Both the position numbers and the translations under genes were made by a program. A DNA stretch of 64,000 nt, taken from assembly GCA_903944085.1 (NCBI GenBank), contig CAJAQO010000198.1, positions 3,625 through 67,624 of the forward strand, written 5' to 3'. Positions 38,280 to 48,827 of the stretch are shown in pieces (within the stretch, counting starts at the first letter, position 1; each line of letters opens with the position of its first letter). A model generated the notes under the pieces. It was not told the origin of the DNA, made no database searches, and was given only the letters and a program-made list of their open reading frames with translations. This stretch comes from an uncultured Verrucomicrobia subdivision 3 bacterium. Lineage in GTDB: Bacteria; Verrucomicrobiota; Verrucomicrobiia; Limisphaerales; UBA11358.

Positions 38280-38531
38280 AGGCCGAACCCCGAAAAACAT
38301 TTAAGAAAAACAACAATCATTCCATAACACAAAGAGTTCGCCCATGTCCTTGGTTTTGTGAATGAAGTATGTTGTTTTGCTTGACACGCGACTTCTAATA
38401 AATAGCTGTATGAAAGCGCAATCGTGCCATGGCTGCCGGCGATGGTTCGCTCAAGCGTCTCAGCACCTGCTGGGAGAATTTTACAGCATCCCATCTACAA
38501 TCAACCTAACCTAAACAGCCCACTGAAACTT

Positions 38532-41500
38532 ATGAAAGTAAGCACAGGAACCAAAACAACAATCCTATTCGCTGCTCTCTTGATGGTGTTTGCCACGCCT
38601 TCCTGGTTGCGCGCCCAGAGCGGCACTTGGACCCAGACCACCAGTGGCGGCCTGTGGAGTAATTCCGGCAACTGGTTGGGCGGCATTGTGGCTGACGGCA
38701 GTGGAGCCACCGCCGACTTCAGCCAGATTGATATCACCGCCGACAACAATGTTCACATGGACGCGTCCCATACGTTGACGGCGATCATTTTCGGCAATAA
38801 GGATGCCAGCCCCGCCGCCAATTGGGTTTTGGATGACAATGGCACCGGAGGCGGAAACATCCTGACTCTCGCCGGTTCCTCGCCGAGCATCGCCGTGAAC
38901 AATCTGGGCGCTGGGGAAACCGCGACCATCAGCGCGGCGATGGCGGGCGGTGCGGCTTGGGCCAAAAGTGGACCGGGCAATTTGATCCTTTCCGGCAACA
39001 GCACCCTTAGCAGCAACATCAACATCAGCAGCGGCCAGTTGACCCTGGCCAACGCGGCCAACCTGAATGGCGGCACGATCCGAACCTTTACCATCGGCAG
39101 CGGCACCACCTTGAGCATCGCTTACGGCGGCACGGTTTCGGGAACAACTTTTGCCAATTCGTTTGGCTCCGGCATCACGGTGGTGGGCAACGGCACGCTT
39201 CAATTTGATCCCGGCAGCGGGTTGGGCCTCGGCTTGGTGAATGTGAGCGGCGGGGCCACCTTTTATTTGGGCATGACCGGCGGCCTGATCAATATCAATT
39301 CAGGAATTTTGAACAATGGTGGTTTCACGAGTCAAAACTGGACCACCAACAAGGCGGGGATGAATATTGCTTCCGGTGCGATCTTTGATGTCTGGAATGG
39401 CGCGGTGGTTTATATTGATGCATTGACCGGCGCGGGAACTCTCCGCGATACCGAAACTTCCGGGGACACGCTGAATATCGGCGTGAATAATGGCAGTGGT
39501 GAATTCGATGGACCCATTGGTGGATTGGCCGCCATCGTGATGGTCAAGACCGGCAAAGGCACTGAAATATTTACGGGAGTAGATACCAATCCCGGACCCG
39601 TAAGTGTCAACGGCGGCGCGCTGCTCATTAATGGCAACTTTACCGCGTATGCCAACACCAATGGTTATAGCGTGAATGCGGGCGGCACGTTGGGCGGCAC
39701 TGGCGTGATTGGCCATCCGACTTATATCAATAACGGTGGCACGTTGGGGGCGGGTTTGGGGACCGCCATTGCCACTTTGACTTTCAGTAACAATCTGACC
39801 TTGAATGCCGGCAGCACGAACTTTATGGGCATCACCAAGACCGGCGGCAGCACCACGAATGACGTAATCGTCGGACTCGGTGCCCTGAATTTCGCCGGCA
39901 CATTGGTGGTCACCAACATCACCTCCGACGCCAGCACGCTGGCTGCGGGTGACACCTTCCAACTCTTCAACACCGCCGGAGGCAGTGGCGGCTTTAACAA
40001 CTTCGTCCTGCCCGTTTTGCCAGTCGGATTGAGCTGGGATACTTCGCAATTGGCGGCTTCAGGTTTTATACGGGTGTATGATAATACTACCGTTGCTATG
40101 CCGGTGCTAAGTCCCGGTGCGGGTCAATATGTCGGCGCACAGGTAGTGACGCTTACTTGCATTACCCCGGGTGCGACCATCTATTACACGACGAATGGCA
40201 CCACGCCAACTACCAGTTCACTGTCTGGCCCCAGCGGTCTCACCATTACTTTGCCGTCGAACACGCTCGGCGAGACGATCGAGGCTTTTGGACATGAGAC
40301 GGGCTTTGCGGATAGTGCTTTGGTGATTGCAGCCTACCAGACTGTGCCGACGGCATTCTGGACGAATCCAGCCGGCGGGTCTTGGGCCACTCCGGGCAAC
40401 TGGTTGAATAATGTGATTGGCACCGGGGCTTACGGGACTGCGGATTTCAGCACGCTGACCCTTTCCTCGCTGACTGATGTTACGCTGGATGGCACATGGA
40501 CGATTGCCAATCTGAAGTTTGGGGACGTGGGGAACACCTACGGTTGGGAGATTGATCCCGGCAGCGGCGGACCGTTCACGTTGTCTGGAATCAACTCGAC
40601 CATCACGGTTAGCAACCAGACCGTGAACTTCACCGCCGTGATTGCAGGCACGAACAATTTGACCACGGCTGGCAACGGCACGCTGATTTTCAACGGCGAC
40701 AACACCTTTGCCGGCAACATTAACGTTACGGCTGGCGAACTGAATCTGGCCAATGCGGCGAATCTGGACAGCGGCGTCAGTCGGATCTTCAGTATTGCCA
40801 CCAATTCGATGTTGAGCATCAGCTATGGCAGCCCAACTGAGGGCAACGCCACGAGCGCCGGCTTTGGCGCTGGAATAACGGTGGTGGGCAACGGCACGCT
40901 ACAGTTCGATCCGGGCAGCGGAAATTACATTGGTCTTGTGAGTTTATCAAGCACCCCCTATCTGAATCTGAACATGAGCAATGGCTGGATTAATGTTATT
41001 TCCGGCACGTTGGTGGATGGCGGCTGGCAAAGTCAAAATTGGACGAATAGCAAAGCCGGACTGAACATCGCCTCCGGAGCGCAATTGGATGTTTGGAATG
41101 GGAATTGGCTATATATTGATGCCCTGACAGGGTCGGGGTCAATTATTAATGGTTATCCTAGTGGTGTGGGCAATACCCTGAATATCGGAGTCAACAACGG
41201 CAGCGGTGAATTCGACGGGTCTATTAGTAGCGTCCCCCCCATTAACTTCGTCAAGAGCGGGGCTGGCACCCAGATTTTCACGGGCTCTGATTCCGCGCCT
41301 GGTTCAATCACCGTCAACGGAGGTGCGATGCTTATCAATGGCGACTTTTCCCTCGTCACCGGTAGTTTCACGGCGAATGCGGGCGGCACGTTGGGTGGCT
41401 CGGGCCTGATTGGCGGCGCGGTGACGATCAATAGCGGTGGGACATTGGGTGTGAAGCTGGGCACGGGGGTCGGCACGCTGACCCTCGCCAATTTACTGAC

Positions 41501-44500
41501 TTTCAGCCCCGGCAGCACCAACTTTATGAGCATCACCAAGACCGGCGGCCCCGCCGCCTGCGACTTGATCACCGGATACACCGCCGGGACGACATTCCAT
41601 GGCACATTGGTCGTCACCAACATCACCAGCGACAGTAGCACGTTGGCCGTGGGTGATACTTTCCAGCTTTTCAACGGTTCCGGCGCCCTTGGCGCCTTTG
41701 ATCATCTCGTCCTGCCCAATTTGCCGGTTGGATTGAGTTGGGATGCCTCTCAATTGGCGACCACAGGTTACCTCACGGTGGCCAACACCGCCGCCGTGCC
41801 GATTTTCAATCCGCCTGCGGGTGGCTATGTTGGGGCACAAACGGTAACCATCACTTGCCTGACGCCGGGTGCAACCATTTATTACACGACGAATGGCAGT
41901 GTGCCGACCACCAGTTCCCCGTCTGGCCTCAGCGGGCTTACGGTTGCAGTGCCGGCCAACACAACTGGTCTGACCATCCAAGCCTTCGCCTCGAAGACTG
42001 GCTTTGCTGCCAGCGCGGTGGTGAGTGCGGTGTTCCAAACTATTGCGATACCGACTTGGACAAATCCCAATGGTGGGTCTTGGGCGACGGCGGGTAATTG
42101 GTCCAACAATGTCGTGGGCAACGGAGCCAATGTGGCGGCAGATTTCAGCACGCTGACTCTTCCAAGTCAGCCATATGTCACGATGGATGCCCCATGGATA
42201 ATTGGCAGTCTGAAATTTGGGGACGTGGGCAACACTTACGGCTGGGAGATTGACTCCGGCAGCGGCGGTCCGCTCACTTTGGCGGGCACCAATACGACCA
42301 TCACAGTCAGCAACCAAGCCGCGACCATCACCGCCGTGATTGTGGGCACCAACAACCTGACCACGGCCGGGCCGGGCACCTTGATTCTTTCCGGCAACAA
42401 CACGTTTACCGGCAACATCAATGTCACTAGCGGCCAGTTGACTTTGGCTAACTCGGCGAACCTGAACAGCCAAATCAGCCGGACCTTTAACATCCCCAGC
42501 GGCGCGACCTTGAGCATCGGCTACGGCGGCACGGTTTCGGGAACAACTTTTAGCAAGTCTTTTGGCTCTGGAATAACGGTGACTGGCAACGGCACGCTTC
42601 AATTTGATCCCGGAAGCGGCCTCGGCCTTGGCCTGGTGAACATCAGTGGGGGTGCCAAGTTAAATTTTGGCATGACCGGCGGGGTTATCAATATTAATTC
42701 GGGGATCGTTATTAATGGCGGTAACACGAGTCAAAACTGGACGACCAACCTGGCCGCGTTGAACATCGCCGCCGGCGCGACCTTCGATAATTGGAATGGT
42801 TCTGCGGTTTATGTGGACGCCTTGACTGGTTCGGGAACGCTCAGCGATGGCTACACTTCCGGCACGAGTTTTAATTTCGGGGTCAACAACGGCAGCGGCA
42901 CCTTCAGCGGTAACATCAGTTCTAACAACACAGGAACTGTTACCTTGAACAAACTTGGCACCGGCACTGAGATATTCACGGGCACGGATTCCAACCCCGG
43001 CACGATCAGTGTGAACAACGGCGCATTGTTCATTAATGGTTCGACCACCACGACCGGTCTCGTGTCGGTGGCCAGCGGAGCAATCCTTGGCGGCGTGGGC
43101 ACGATTGGCGGCCGGGTCAATGCGACAGCGGGTGGCTTTCTGGCACCCGGCGCCTCACCGTTCAGCTTAGGCACACTCACGTTAAGCTTCAACGCCACCA
43201 ACACCTTGACCCTTAATGGCAATACGCTTTTCTTTGGCCTTTCAACGGTGGCGAATTCCGACAAAATCGCCATCGCAGGTAATCTGGTTTTGAATGGAGC
43301 GAACATCGTGCAACTAAGTGCTCCCAGTGGATCCATTCCCGCCGGAACCTATACTTTGATGACCTATCCATCCAAAACGGGGAGCGGCACCTTGGCCCTC
43401 CAGGCAGCTTATCCTAACGCCACCCTGACGGTCGGGGCCACGAGCGTGACCTTGAATGTGACTGCCACCACTTATGTGCCCGGGGCGGTGTGGCAAGGTG
43501 CCGTCTCAGGAGTTTGGGACGGAGGTGCCTTGAACTGGACACGCAATGGAACCGGCTCTTCAGCCTATGTGGCGGGTGATAGCGTGACCTTTGACGACAC
43601 CGCCACCGGGAATTTCACGGTAAGCAGTGGCAGCCTGGTTTTGCCCGGCTCCGTCACCTTCAATAACTCCTTCAATAATTACACCGTGTCCGCCGGCATC
43701 GGGGGGGCCGGCCCGTTGGTTAAGAATGGCAGCGGCACGCTGACTCTTTCCGGCGCGAACACTTATACCAACACCACCACCCTCAATTCGGGCATGTTGC
43801 GATTCGCTGGCGGCAGTGCGCTACCGGGCGCGTCGGCCATCAATCTTGGTCCGGGGACGCTCCAGATTCTCAACGACGGCGCTGGCAACGGCGGCACCAT
43901 TGCCCTCGGCAACAGCATTACCCTTAGCGGGGCACTCACCACGGATACCATCAATGTCGGCAACAACGGCAGTGGCCACACCGGCAACATTGTGGCCTTT
44001 GGTTCGTTGAACAATGGCACTCCGGCCAATGCCAATGTGAGCACCATCAACTTCACTGCTGCGAACGGCTATCTGATGAGCTTCGGCGTCTTGGGGCTGC
44101 CGGGCAGCGGCGGTAACACCACCACGCTGAATCCCACCACCACCTCGCTGATTATTACGAATGTCGTGAACCAGGAGACTTCCTTCTCCGGCCATTACGA
44201 TACGGTTACGTTGGGTGGAACGAGCATAGGCAATGTGATTAACGGGGTGATTTCCGACTCCTCTGGCTATACCAGTGTCGGCAATGGTGACACGCGGGTC
44301 ACGATGTCAGGCAATGGCTGGACGCTCTCCGGCACGAACACCTACCACGGCCCCACGAGTGTTACCACTGGCAACTTGACGATTGGCGGCGCGGGTGAGT
44401 TGGGTGCCGGCAATTACACCGGGACCATTTCAATTTCGAGCGGCGCGGCGCTTAATTATGCCAGTTCGGCCAGCCAGATTTTCTCCGGCGTCATCTCCGG

Positions 44501-46802
44501 TGCCGGTAATCTGACCAATGCCGGCTTCGGCACTCTGATACTTTCCGCTACAAACACTTTAACCGGCCTTCTACAGGTTCCGACCGGGGAATTGGTGGGA
44601 GTGGCGGGAGGCGCCTGTTCGAACGCTGCCGTCCTCGTGGCGTCCGGAGCGACCAACGGCGTGCAAGTGCCCGTGTTTGGCGGGCAATGGGCTTGCAGTA
44701 ACTTGACCTATGGTGCCGGCACGACCTATCTGGACATCAATTTTGGCAGTGCTTATCCAAACACCACTAACGCGCCGTTGTTTGTGAACGGCAACCTGAC
44801 TAATAATGGCACCGTGAATCTCATCGTCCGTTCCAGCGTGGGAATTGGTGTTGGCGTCTATCCGCTCGTGAAATACACCGGTGTGACCAACGGCCCGCTG
44901 CCGGCCACGGCCTTTGCGCTCCCGGCGGGAATGGTTGGCAGCCTGAGCAACGATGTGGTCAGAAAATCCCTGGACTTGGTGGTGACGACGGCGGGCACTG
45001 GCCCGATCCCGCTGGAATGGGCCGTTGGCAACGGGACTTGGGATCTTAATACGACCGCCAATTGGAAGGATTTTAATAACGTCACTGGACAATATTATAC
45101 TGGTGGGAATGCCGTGACGTTCGACGACTCCGCAAGCGGCGCGTCGCCGATCACTGTGACATTGAACAGCACGGTCAATCCGGCGAATGTCACCGTGAAC
45201 GCCACCAAGAATTATACGATCAGCGGCACCGGAGGCATTGCTGGGTCAGCCGCACTGACCAAGAACGGCACCGGCACGAACATCTTATCTGGCGTGAACA
45301 CCTACACCGGCACCACCACCGTCAATACCGGCACGTTGCAATTCGCGGGCGGCAATGCGCTGCCGGGCGCGTCGCCCATCAGCCTTGGCGCGGCCACACT
45401 CCAGATTCTCAACGACGGCGCCGGCAGCGGCGGCACCATCTCCCTCGGCAACAGCATCACTCTCAATGTGGCCGCCACCACGGATACCATCAATGTTGGC
45501 AACAACGGGAGTGGCCACACCGGCAACACCGTTGCTTTTGGGGCTTTGAATAATGGAGCTCCGGGAAATGCCTTCGTCAGCACGATCAACTTCACTGCGG
45601 CCAACGGCTATCTGATGAGCTTTGGCGTCTTGGGGTTGCCGGGCTTATCCGGTAACACGACCACGCTGAATCCCACCACCACCTCGCTGATCATTACGAA
45701 TGTCGTCAACCAGGAAACTTTGTTTATCGGCCACTATGATACCGTCACGCTGGGTGGAACGAGCACGGGCAACGTGATCAACGGAGTTATCTCCGACTCT
45801 TCGGGCTATACCAGTGTCGGCAACGGCGACACGCGGGTTACGATGACGGGCATCGGCTGGACCCTCTCTGGAACTAATACCTACCACGGCCCCACGGCCA
45901 TCAGCACCAACACACTGACGATTGGCGGCGCGGGCCAATTGGGTGCCGGCAATTATACGGGGACCATCTCGATCGGGACTAACTCGGCGTTGAACTATGC
46001 GAGTTCAGCCAGCCAGATATTGGCCGGCGTCATCTCCGGTGCCGGTAATCTGACCAATGCCGGCGGCGCGCTTACGCTCACGGCCACGAACACCTACACT
46101 GGCACCACGGCGATTGGAGCAGGCTCGACGCTGGCAATCGGCGGTGCCGGCATGTTGAACAACGGCATCTATGCGGGGCTGATCATCAACAACGGCGCGT
46201 TCAATTATGCCAGTTCAGCCAACCAGACCAACAGCGGCGTCATTTCCGGCACGGGTTCCCTGACGAATGCCGGCCCCGGCATCCTGACTCTGACGGGCGC
46301 GAACACTTACACTGGCAACACCACGGTCAATGGCGGAACGCTGGTCCTCACCTCACCCACGCTGGCCACGAACTCCACCGTGACCGTGGCCAACAATGCC
46401 GTGTTGAAATTGAATTTTGCGGTGACGAACCAGGTGGCCACCCTCGTGCTGAACGGAGCACCGCAGCCCCCGGGCGTTTACAACAGTGGCAACACCCCCT
46501 TGATCGCCGGCACCGGCAGTTTGATGATTGCCTCTTCCGGTCCCATGGGATTCACCAATCCAACTGCCATCACCGGCTTCAGCCTGAACGGAGCGAACGT
46601 GGTCATCAGCGGGACCAACGGACAGGCGGGTGTGGCCTATTATTTGCTGGCCAGCACCAATCTGACTTTGCGGTTGAACCAATGGACGGTAGTGGCTACC
46701 AACGTGCCGGCCAGTTCCGGGAATTACTCGTTCACCGCCACGAATGCGGTGTTCTCCGGTGCTTTGCAGCAGTTCTACATCTTGAGCAATACCAACTTTT
46801 AA
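38532..46802 (+). CDS. Giant secreted adhesin-like protein with autotransporter-associated beta-strand repeats and 2 CHB_HEX_C/FN3-associated domains; no C-terminal beta-barrel
   Basis: ATG 38532 gives a signal peptide ending LRA-Q. Many GxGTLxLSGxNTYTGxTTVNxG repeats; TPGATIYYTTNG twice; C-terminal ...ASTNL...QW...QQFYIL. Confidence 0.85.
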   Translation: MKVSTGTKTTILFAALLMVFATPSWLRAQSGTWTQTTSGGLWSNSGNWLGGIVADGSGATADFSQIDITADNNVHMDASHTLTAIIFGNKDASPAANWVLDDNGTGGGNILTLAGSSPSIAVNNLGAGETATISAAMAGGAAWAKSGPGNLILSGNSTLSSNINISSGQLTLANAANLNGGTIRTFTIGSGTTLSIAYGGTVSGTTFANSFGSGITVVGNGTLQFDPGSGLGLGLVNVSGGATFYLGMTGGLININSGILNNGGFTSQNWTTNKAGMNIASGAIFDVWNGAVVYIDALTGAGTLRDTETSGDTLNIGVNNGSGEFDGPIGGLAAIVMVKTGKGTEIFTGVDTNPGPVSVNGGALLINGNFTAYANTNGYSVNAGGTLGGTGVIGHPTYINNGGTLGAGLGTAIATLTFSNNLTLNAGSTNFMGITKTGGSTTNDVIVGLGALNFAGTLVVTNITSDASTLAAGDTFQLFNTAGGSGGFNNFVLPVLPVGLSWDTSQLAASGFIRVYDNTTVAMPVLSPGAGQYVGAQVVTLTCITPGATIYYTTNGTTPTTSSLSGPSGLTITLPSNTLGETIEAFGHETGFADSALVIAAYQTVPTAFWTNPAGGSWATPGNWLNNVIGTGAYGTADFSTLTLSSLTDVTLDGTWTIANLKFGDVGNTYGWEIDPGSGGPFTLSGINSTITVSNQTVNFTAVIAGTNNLTTAGNGTLIFNGDNTFAGNINVTAGELNLANAANLDSGVSRIFSIATNSMLSISYGSPTEGNATSAGFGAGITVVGNGTLQFDPGSGNYIGLVSLSSTPYLNLNMSNGWINVISGTLVDGGWQSQNWTNSKAGLNIASGAQLDVWNGNWLYIDALTGSGSIINGYPSGVGNTLNIGVNNGSGEFDGSISSVPPINFVKSGAGTQIFTGSDSAPGSITVNGGAMLINGDFSLVTGSFTANAGGTLGGSGLIGGAVTINSGGTLGVKLGTGVGTLTLANLLTFSPGSTNFMSITKTGGPAACDLITGYTAGTTFHGTLVVTNITSDSSTLAVGDTFQLFNGSGALGAFDHLVLPNLPVGLSWDASQLATTGYLTVANTAAVPIFNPPAGGYVGAQTVTITCLTPGATIYYTTNGSVPTTSSPSGLSGLTVAVPANTTGLTIQAFASKTGFAASAVVSAVFQTIAIPTWTNPNGGSWATAGNWSNNVVGNGANVAADFSTLTLPSQPYVTMDAPWIIGSLKFGDVGNTYGWEIDSGSGGPLTLAGTNTTITVSNQAATITAVIVGTNNLTTAGPGTLILSGNNTFTGNINVTSGQLTLANSANLNSQISRTFNIPSGATLSIGYGGTVSGTTFSKSFGSGITVTGNGTLQFDPGSGLGLGLVNISGGAKLNFGMTGGVININSGIVINGGNTSQNWTTNLAALNIAAGATFDNWNGSAVYVDALTGSGTLSDGYTSGTSFNFGVNNGSGTFSGNISSNNTGTVTLNKLGTGTEIFTGTDSNPGTISVNNGALFINGSTTTTGLVSVASGAILGGVGTIGGRVNATAGGFLAPGASPFSLGTLTLSFNATNTLTLNGNTLFFGLSTVANSDKIAIAGNLVLNGANIVQLSAPSGSIPAGTYTLMTYPSKTGSGTLALQAAYPNATLTVGATSVTLNVTATTYVPGAVWQGAVSGVWDGGALNWTRNGTGSSAYVAGDSVTFDDTATGNFTVSSGSLVLPGSVTFNNSFNNYTVSAGIGGAGPLVKNGSGTLTLSGANTYTNTTTLNSGMLRFAGGSALPGASAINLGPGTLQILNDGAGNGGTIALGNSITLSGALTTDTINVGNNGSGHTGNIVAFGSLNNGTPANANVSTINFTAANGYLMSFGVLGLPGSGGNTTTLNPTTTSLIITNVVNQETSFSGHYDTVTLGGTSIGNVINGVISDSSGYTSVGNGDTRVTMSGNGWTLSGTNTYHGPTSVTTGNLTIGGAGELGAGNYTGTISISSGAALNYASSASQIFSGVISGAGNLTNAGFGTLILSATNTLTGLLQVPTGELVGVAGGACSNAAVLVASGATNGVQVPVFGGQWACSNLTYGAGTTYLDINFGSAYPNTTNAPLFVNGNLTNNGTVNLIVRSSVGIGVGVYPLVKYTGVTNGPLPATAFALPAGMVGSLSNDVVRKSLDLVVTTAGTGPIPLEWAVGNGTWDLNTTANWKDFNNVTGQYYTGGNAVTFDDSASGASPITVTLNSTVNPANVTVNATKNYTISGTGGIAGSAALTKNGTGTNILSGVNTYTGTTTVNTGTLQFAGGNALPGASPISLGAATLQILNDGAGSGGTISLGNSITLNVAATTDTINVGNNGSGHTGNTVAFGALNNGAPGNAFVSTINFTAANGYLMSFGVLGLPGLSGNTTTLNPTTTSLIITNVVNQETLFIGHYDTVTLGGTSTGNVINGVISDSSGYTSVGNGDTRVTMTGIGWTLSGTNTYHGPTAISTNTLTIGGAGQLGAGNYTGTISIGTNSALNYASSASQILAGVISGAGNLTNAGGALTLTATNTYTGTTAIGAGSTLAIGGAGMLNNGIYAGLIINNGAFNYASSANQTNSGVISGTGSLTNAGPGILTLTGANTYTGNTTVNGGTLVLTSPTLATNSTVTVANNAVLKLNFAVTNQVATLVLNGAPQPPGVYNSGNTPLIAGTGSLMIASSGPMGFTNPTAITGFSLNGANVVISGTNGQAGVAYYLLASTNLTLRLNQWTVVATNVPASSGNYSFTATNAVFSGALQQFYILSNTNF
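43800..46065 (+). repeat. Intragenic direct repeat, ~730 bp high-identity segments (about 43800-44530 and 45340-46065; offset 1539 bp)
   Basis: CTCCAGATTCTCAACGACGGCGC at 43860 and 45399; the shared peptide NFTAANGYLMSFGVLGLPG...ISDSSGYTSVGNGDTRVTM. Confidence 0.9.
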
Positions 46803-46869
46803 GGATGCCGAAAATCATTCCGCCCAAATTCTGGGGCTGGTGAAATTTTGAGGCCGTGGCACTCAGTCC

Positions 46870-47045
46870 GCCGAATGACAATCGGATTGATGGTCGCTCC
46901 CGACCCAATGAAAAATCATTCGGCGAGTGGTTGCCACTGGGTTGCCATCACCGGCGACGCATCAGAACCGTGTGGATCTGTGACTTCTTTGCGATGAACA
47001 TGGCGCACCGGAATATCTGCGGAGTGACAACGGTTCGGAGCTCAA
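46870..47045 (+). mobile_element. Degraded IS3-family transposase remnant
   Basis: Across frameshifts the DNA reads ...IIRRVVATGLPSPATHQN / VWICDF / EHGAPEYLRSDNGSEL, i.e. the IS3 NxxWxxDF and GxPxxxRSDNGxE DDE motifs with the intervening region deleted. Confidence 0.7.
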
Positions 47046-47069
47046 TGTTGCGTGCGGATCGTATTAACT

Positions 47070-48827
47070 TCACGTTCGCACCAGCGCTTTCATGGTCGCG
47101 CATTCTCGGCCAGCGGAAGGACCGTGCGGACGGATGGTGTAGCGTTCGACTGCGGCTGGGATGATGAAAGTTTCCGCGTAATGAACCACGAACGGCGCGA
47201 ACGCTCCCGTCGGACTTTCCACCAGCGCCTCCTCGCCTTCGACGAGGTTGAGCACATTGACACCACCGCCGGTGTCGTGCGGCACTTTTTTCGTAAACCA
47301 ATGCCGCCGCGTCTCGATGAACTCGCGCTCATGGAGGCCGGTGCGCTCCTCGCGCCAGCCGTCGCCGCGGCCGAGCGGCATGATGCGGTTAACGAGATTT
47401 TGCCGCGTCCATTCCGTCGTGTAATTCCACTGAATATTTTTCAAGCCGTGTTCCAGATGAATCGGCCGCGGCTGGCCGTCGAGGCCGAGCCGGTTCCAGT
47501 CCCACAGCTTAAAGGTGAAAATATAAGGCGTGGCGCTGATTTCAAGCACCATGGATTCCGCGCCGCTGCAATGCACGGTGCCGGCCGGAATCAGAAAGTG
47601 ATCGTGCTTTTTGGCCGGGAATTGATTGGCGTATTTCTCCGCCGGAAATGGAGCGATACCGGTTTGCGCAAGCTGCAAATCGCGCGCCAGGTCCGCCGGG
47701 TTCACGTCATCCTTGATTCCCAAATAAACGCTCGCGCCGGGGCGGGCATCGAGCAGGTAATAACTTTCGTCCTGCGTGTAGTGCATTCCGAAATTATGTT
47801 GAATGTATTCCGTGAGCGGATGAACTTGGAACGACAGATTGCCGCCGCCCATTGTGTCGAGAAAATCGAAACGAATCGGAAATTCATCGCCGAACCGGGC
47901 GTGAACCGCCTCGCCGAGCAGGGCGCGCGGTTGATCGAACACCAGGTCAATTGAGGGAATTTCAAAACGCACGTCGCCAAAGCCGAGCAACAAGCTGTTT
48001 TCTTCTGGCACGCAATCAAAGCACCAGCCGAAGTTTTTCACGTTGCGATCCAAATCACAAACTTCTTTCATCCATTGTCCACCCCACGGCGCGGGATCGA
48101 AAAACGGCACAACGCGAAATGGCCTTGTCACCGCCTGACGCAATCCGCGACGCACGGCTTCGCCACCGGCCAGCTTGGGTTCGCGCGGATTGTTCGTATC
48201 GAGCACGAAATCCCAATTTGCGATGAGCAGGCGTTTCCAGCGGTCGCACACGCGCCAGTCCACGAAGAAGGCGCGTTTGTATTGCAGGCTTGCGGCCAGC
48301 GTGTGGTTTTCGACACCCAAGTTGCTCGCCTCATTTCGACGGAAACGAAGCTGCGCTTCCCAGCGGGCCAGATCGGCATAAACGAAAATGTCCGGCTTGG
48401 CGATCAGACTCGCGCCGCAGCCAACGACCAGCACCAAGCCCGCTGCAATTGCCTCGACTTGCGCACGCAAACGCCCAATTTCCTGGTCATCGAAAAACTG
48501 CGGCAGTGTCAGGCTGCAGAGAAATCCAAATACCGGATCATCCCCGCCCAGAAACGGTTTTACCAGCTCGTCAATGGCTTCCGGCGCGAGCATGGCGTCG
48601 GCCGCGTGCAGTGCCAAAGCTGGCGCGAGCCGCAATTGAAGCTCGTGCAGCACCGAGGGTTCATCCACGCCCGGGTAACATTCCACGACGAGCACCGTTT
48701 TTTTTGCGGATCGTCGGGCTGCGGATTGGAGGAGTCGCGCGGCAATGTCGGCCCAACCTTGGACACAGCTTGTCTCACCGTCGGGAACGGGCACGAACGG
48801 GAATTTGTCGTAGCTCGGATTTCTCAT
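47070..48827 (-). CDS. Class I mannose-6-phosphate isomerase-like cupin protein with long N-terminal extension
   Basis: PWGGQW, FPIRFDFLD, LSFQVHP, QDESYY, IPAGTVHCSG, LEIS. Confidence 0.85.
   Translation of the reverse strand: MRNPSYDKFPFVPVPDGETSCVQGWADIAARLLQSAARRSAKKTVLVVECYPGVDEPSVLHELQLRLAPALALHAADAMLAPEAIDELVKPFLGGDDPVFGFLCSLTLPQFFDDQEIGRLRAQVEAIAAGLVLVVGCGASLIAKPDIFVYADLARWEAQLRFRRNEASNLGVENHTLAASLQYKRAFFVDWRVCDRWKRLLIANWDFVLDTNNPREPKLAGGEAVRRGLRQAVTRPFRVVPFFDPAPWGGQWMKEVCDLDRNVKNFGWCFDCVPEENSLLLGFGDVRFEIPSIDLVFDQPRALLGEAVHARFGDEFPIRFDFLDTMGGGNLSFQVHPLTEYIQHNFGMHYTQDESYYLLDARPGASVYLGIKDDVNPADLARDLQLAQTGIAPFPAEKYANQFPAKKHDHFLIPAGTVHCSGAESMVLEISATPYIFTFKLWDWNRLGLDGQPRPIHLEHGLKNIQWNYTTEWTRQNLVNRIMPLGRGDGWREERTGLHEREFIETRRHWFTKKVPHDTGGGVNVLNLVEGEEALVESPTGAFAPFVVHYAETFIIPAAVERYTIRPHGPSAGRECATMKALVRT

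Noticed and set aside
38532-46802. Classical autotransporter call
   Set aside because: No C-terminal beta-barrel; only passenger-type repeats are present.
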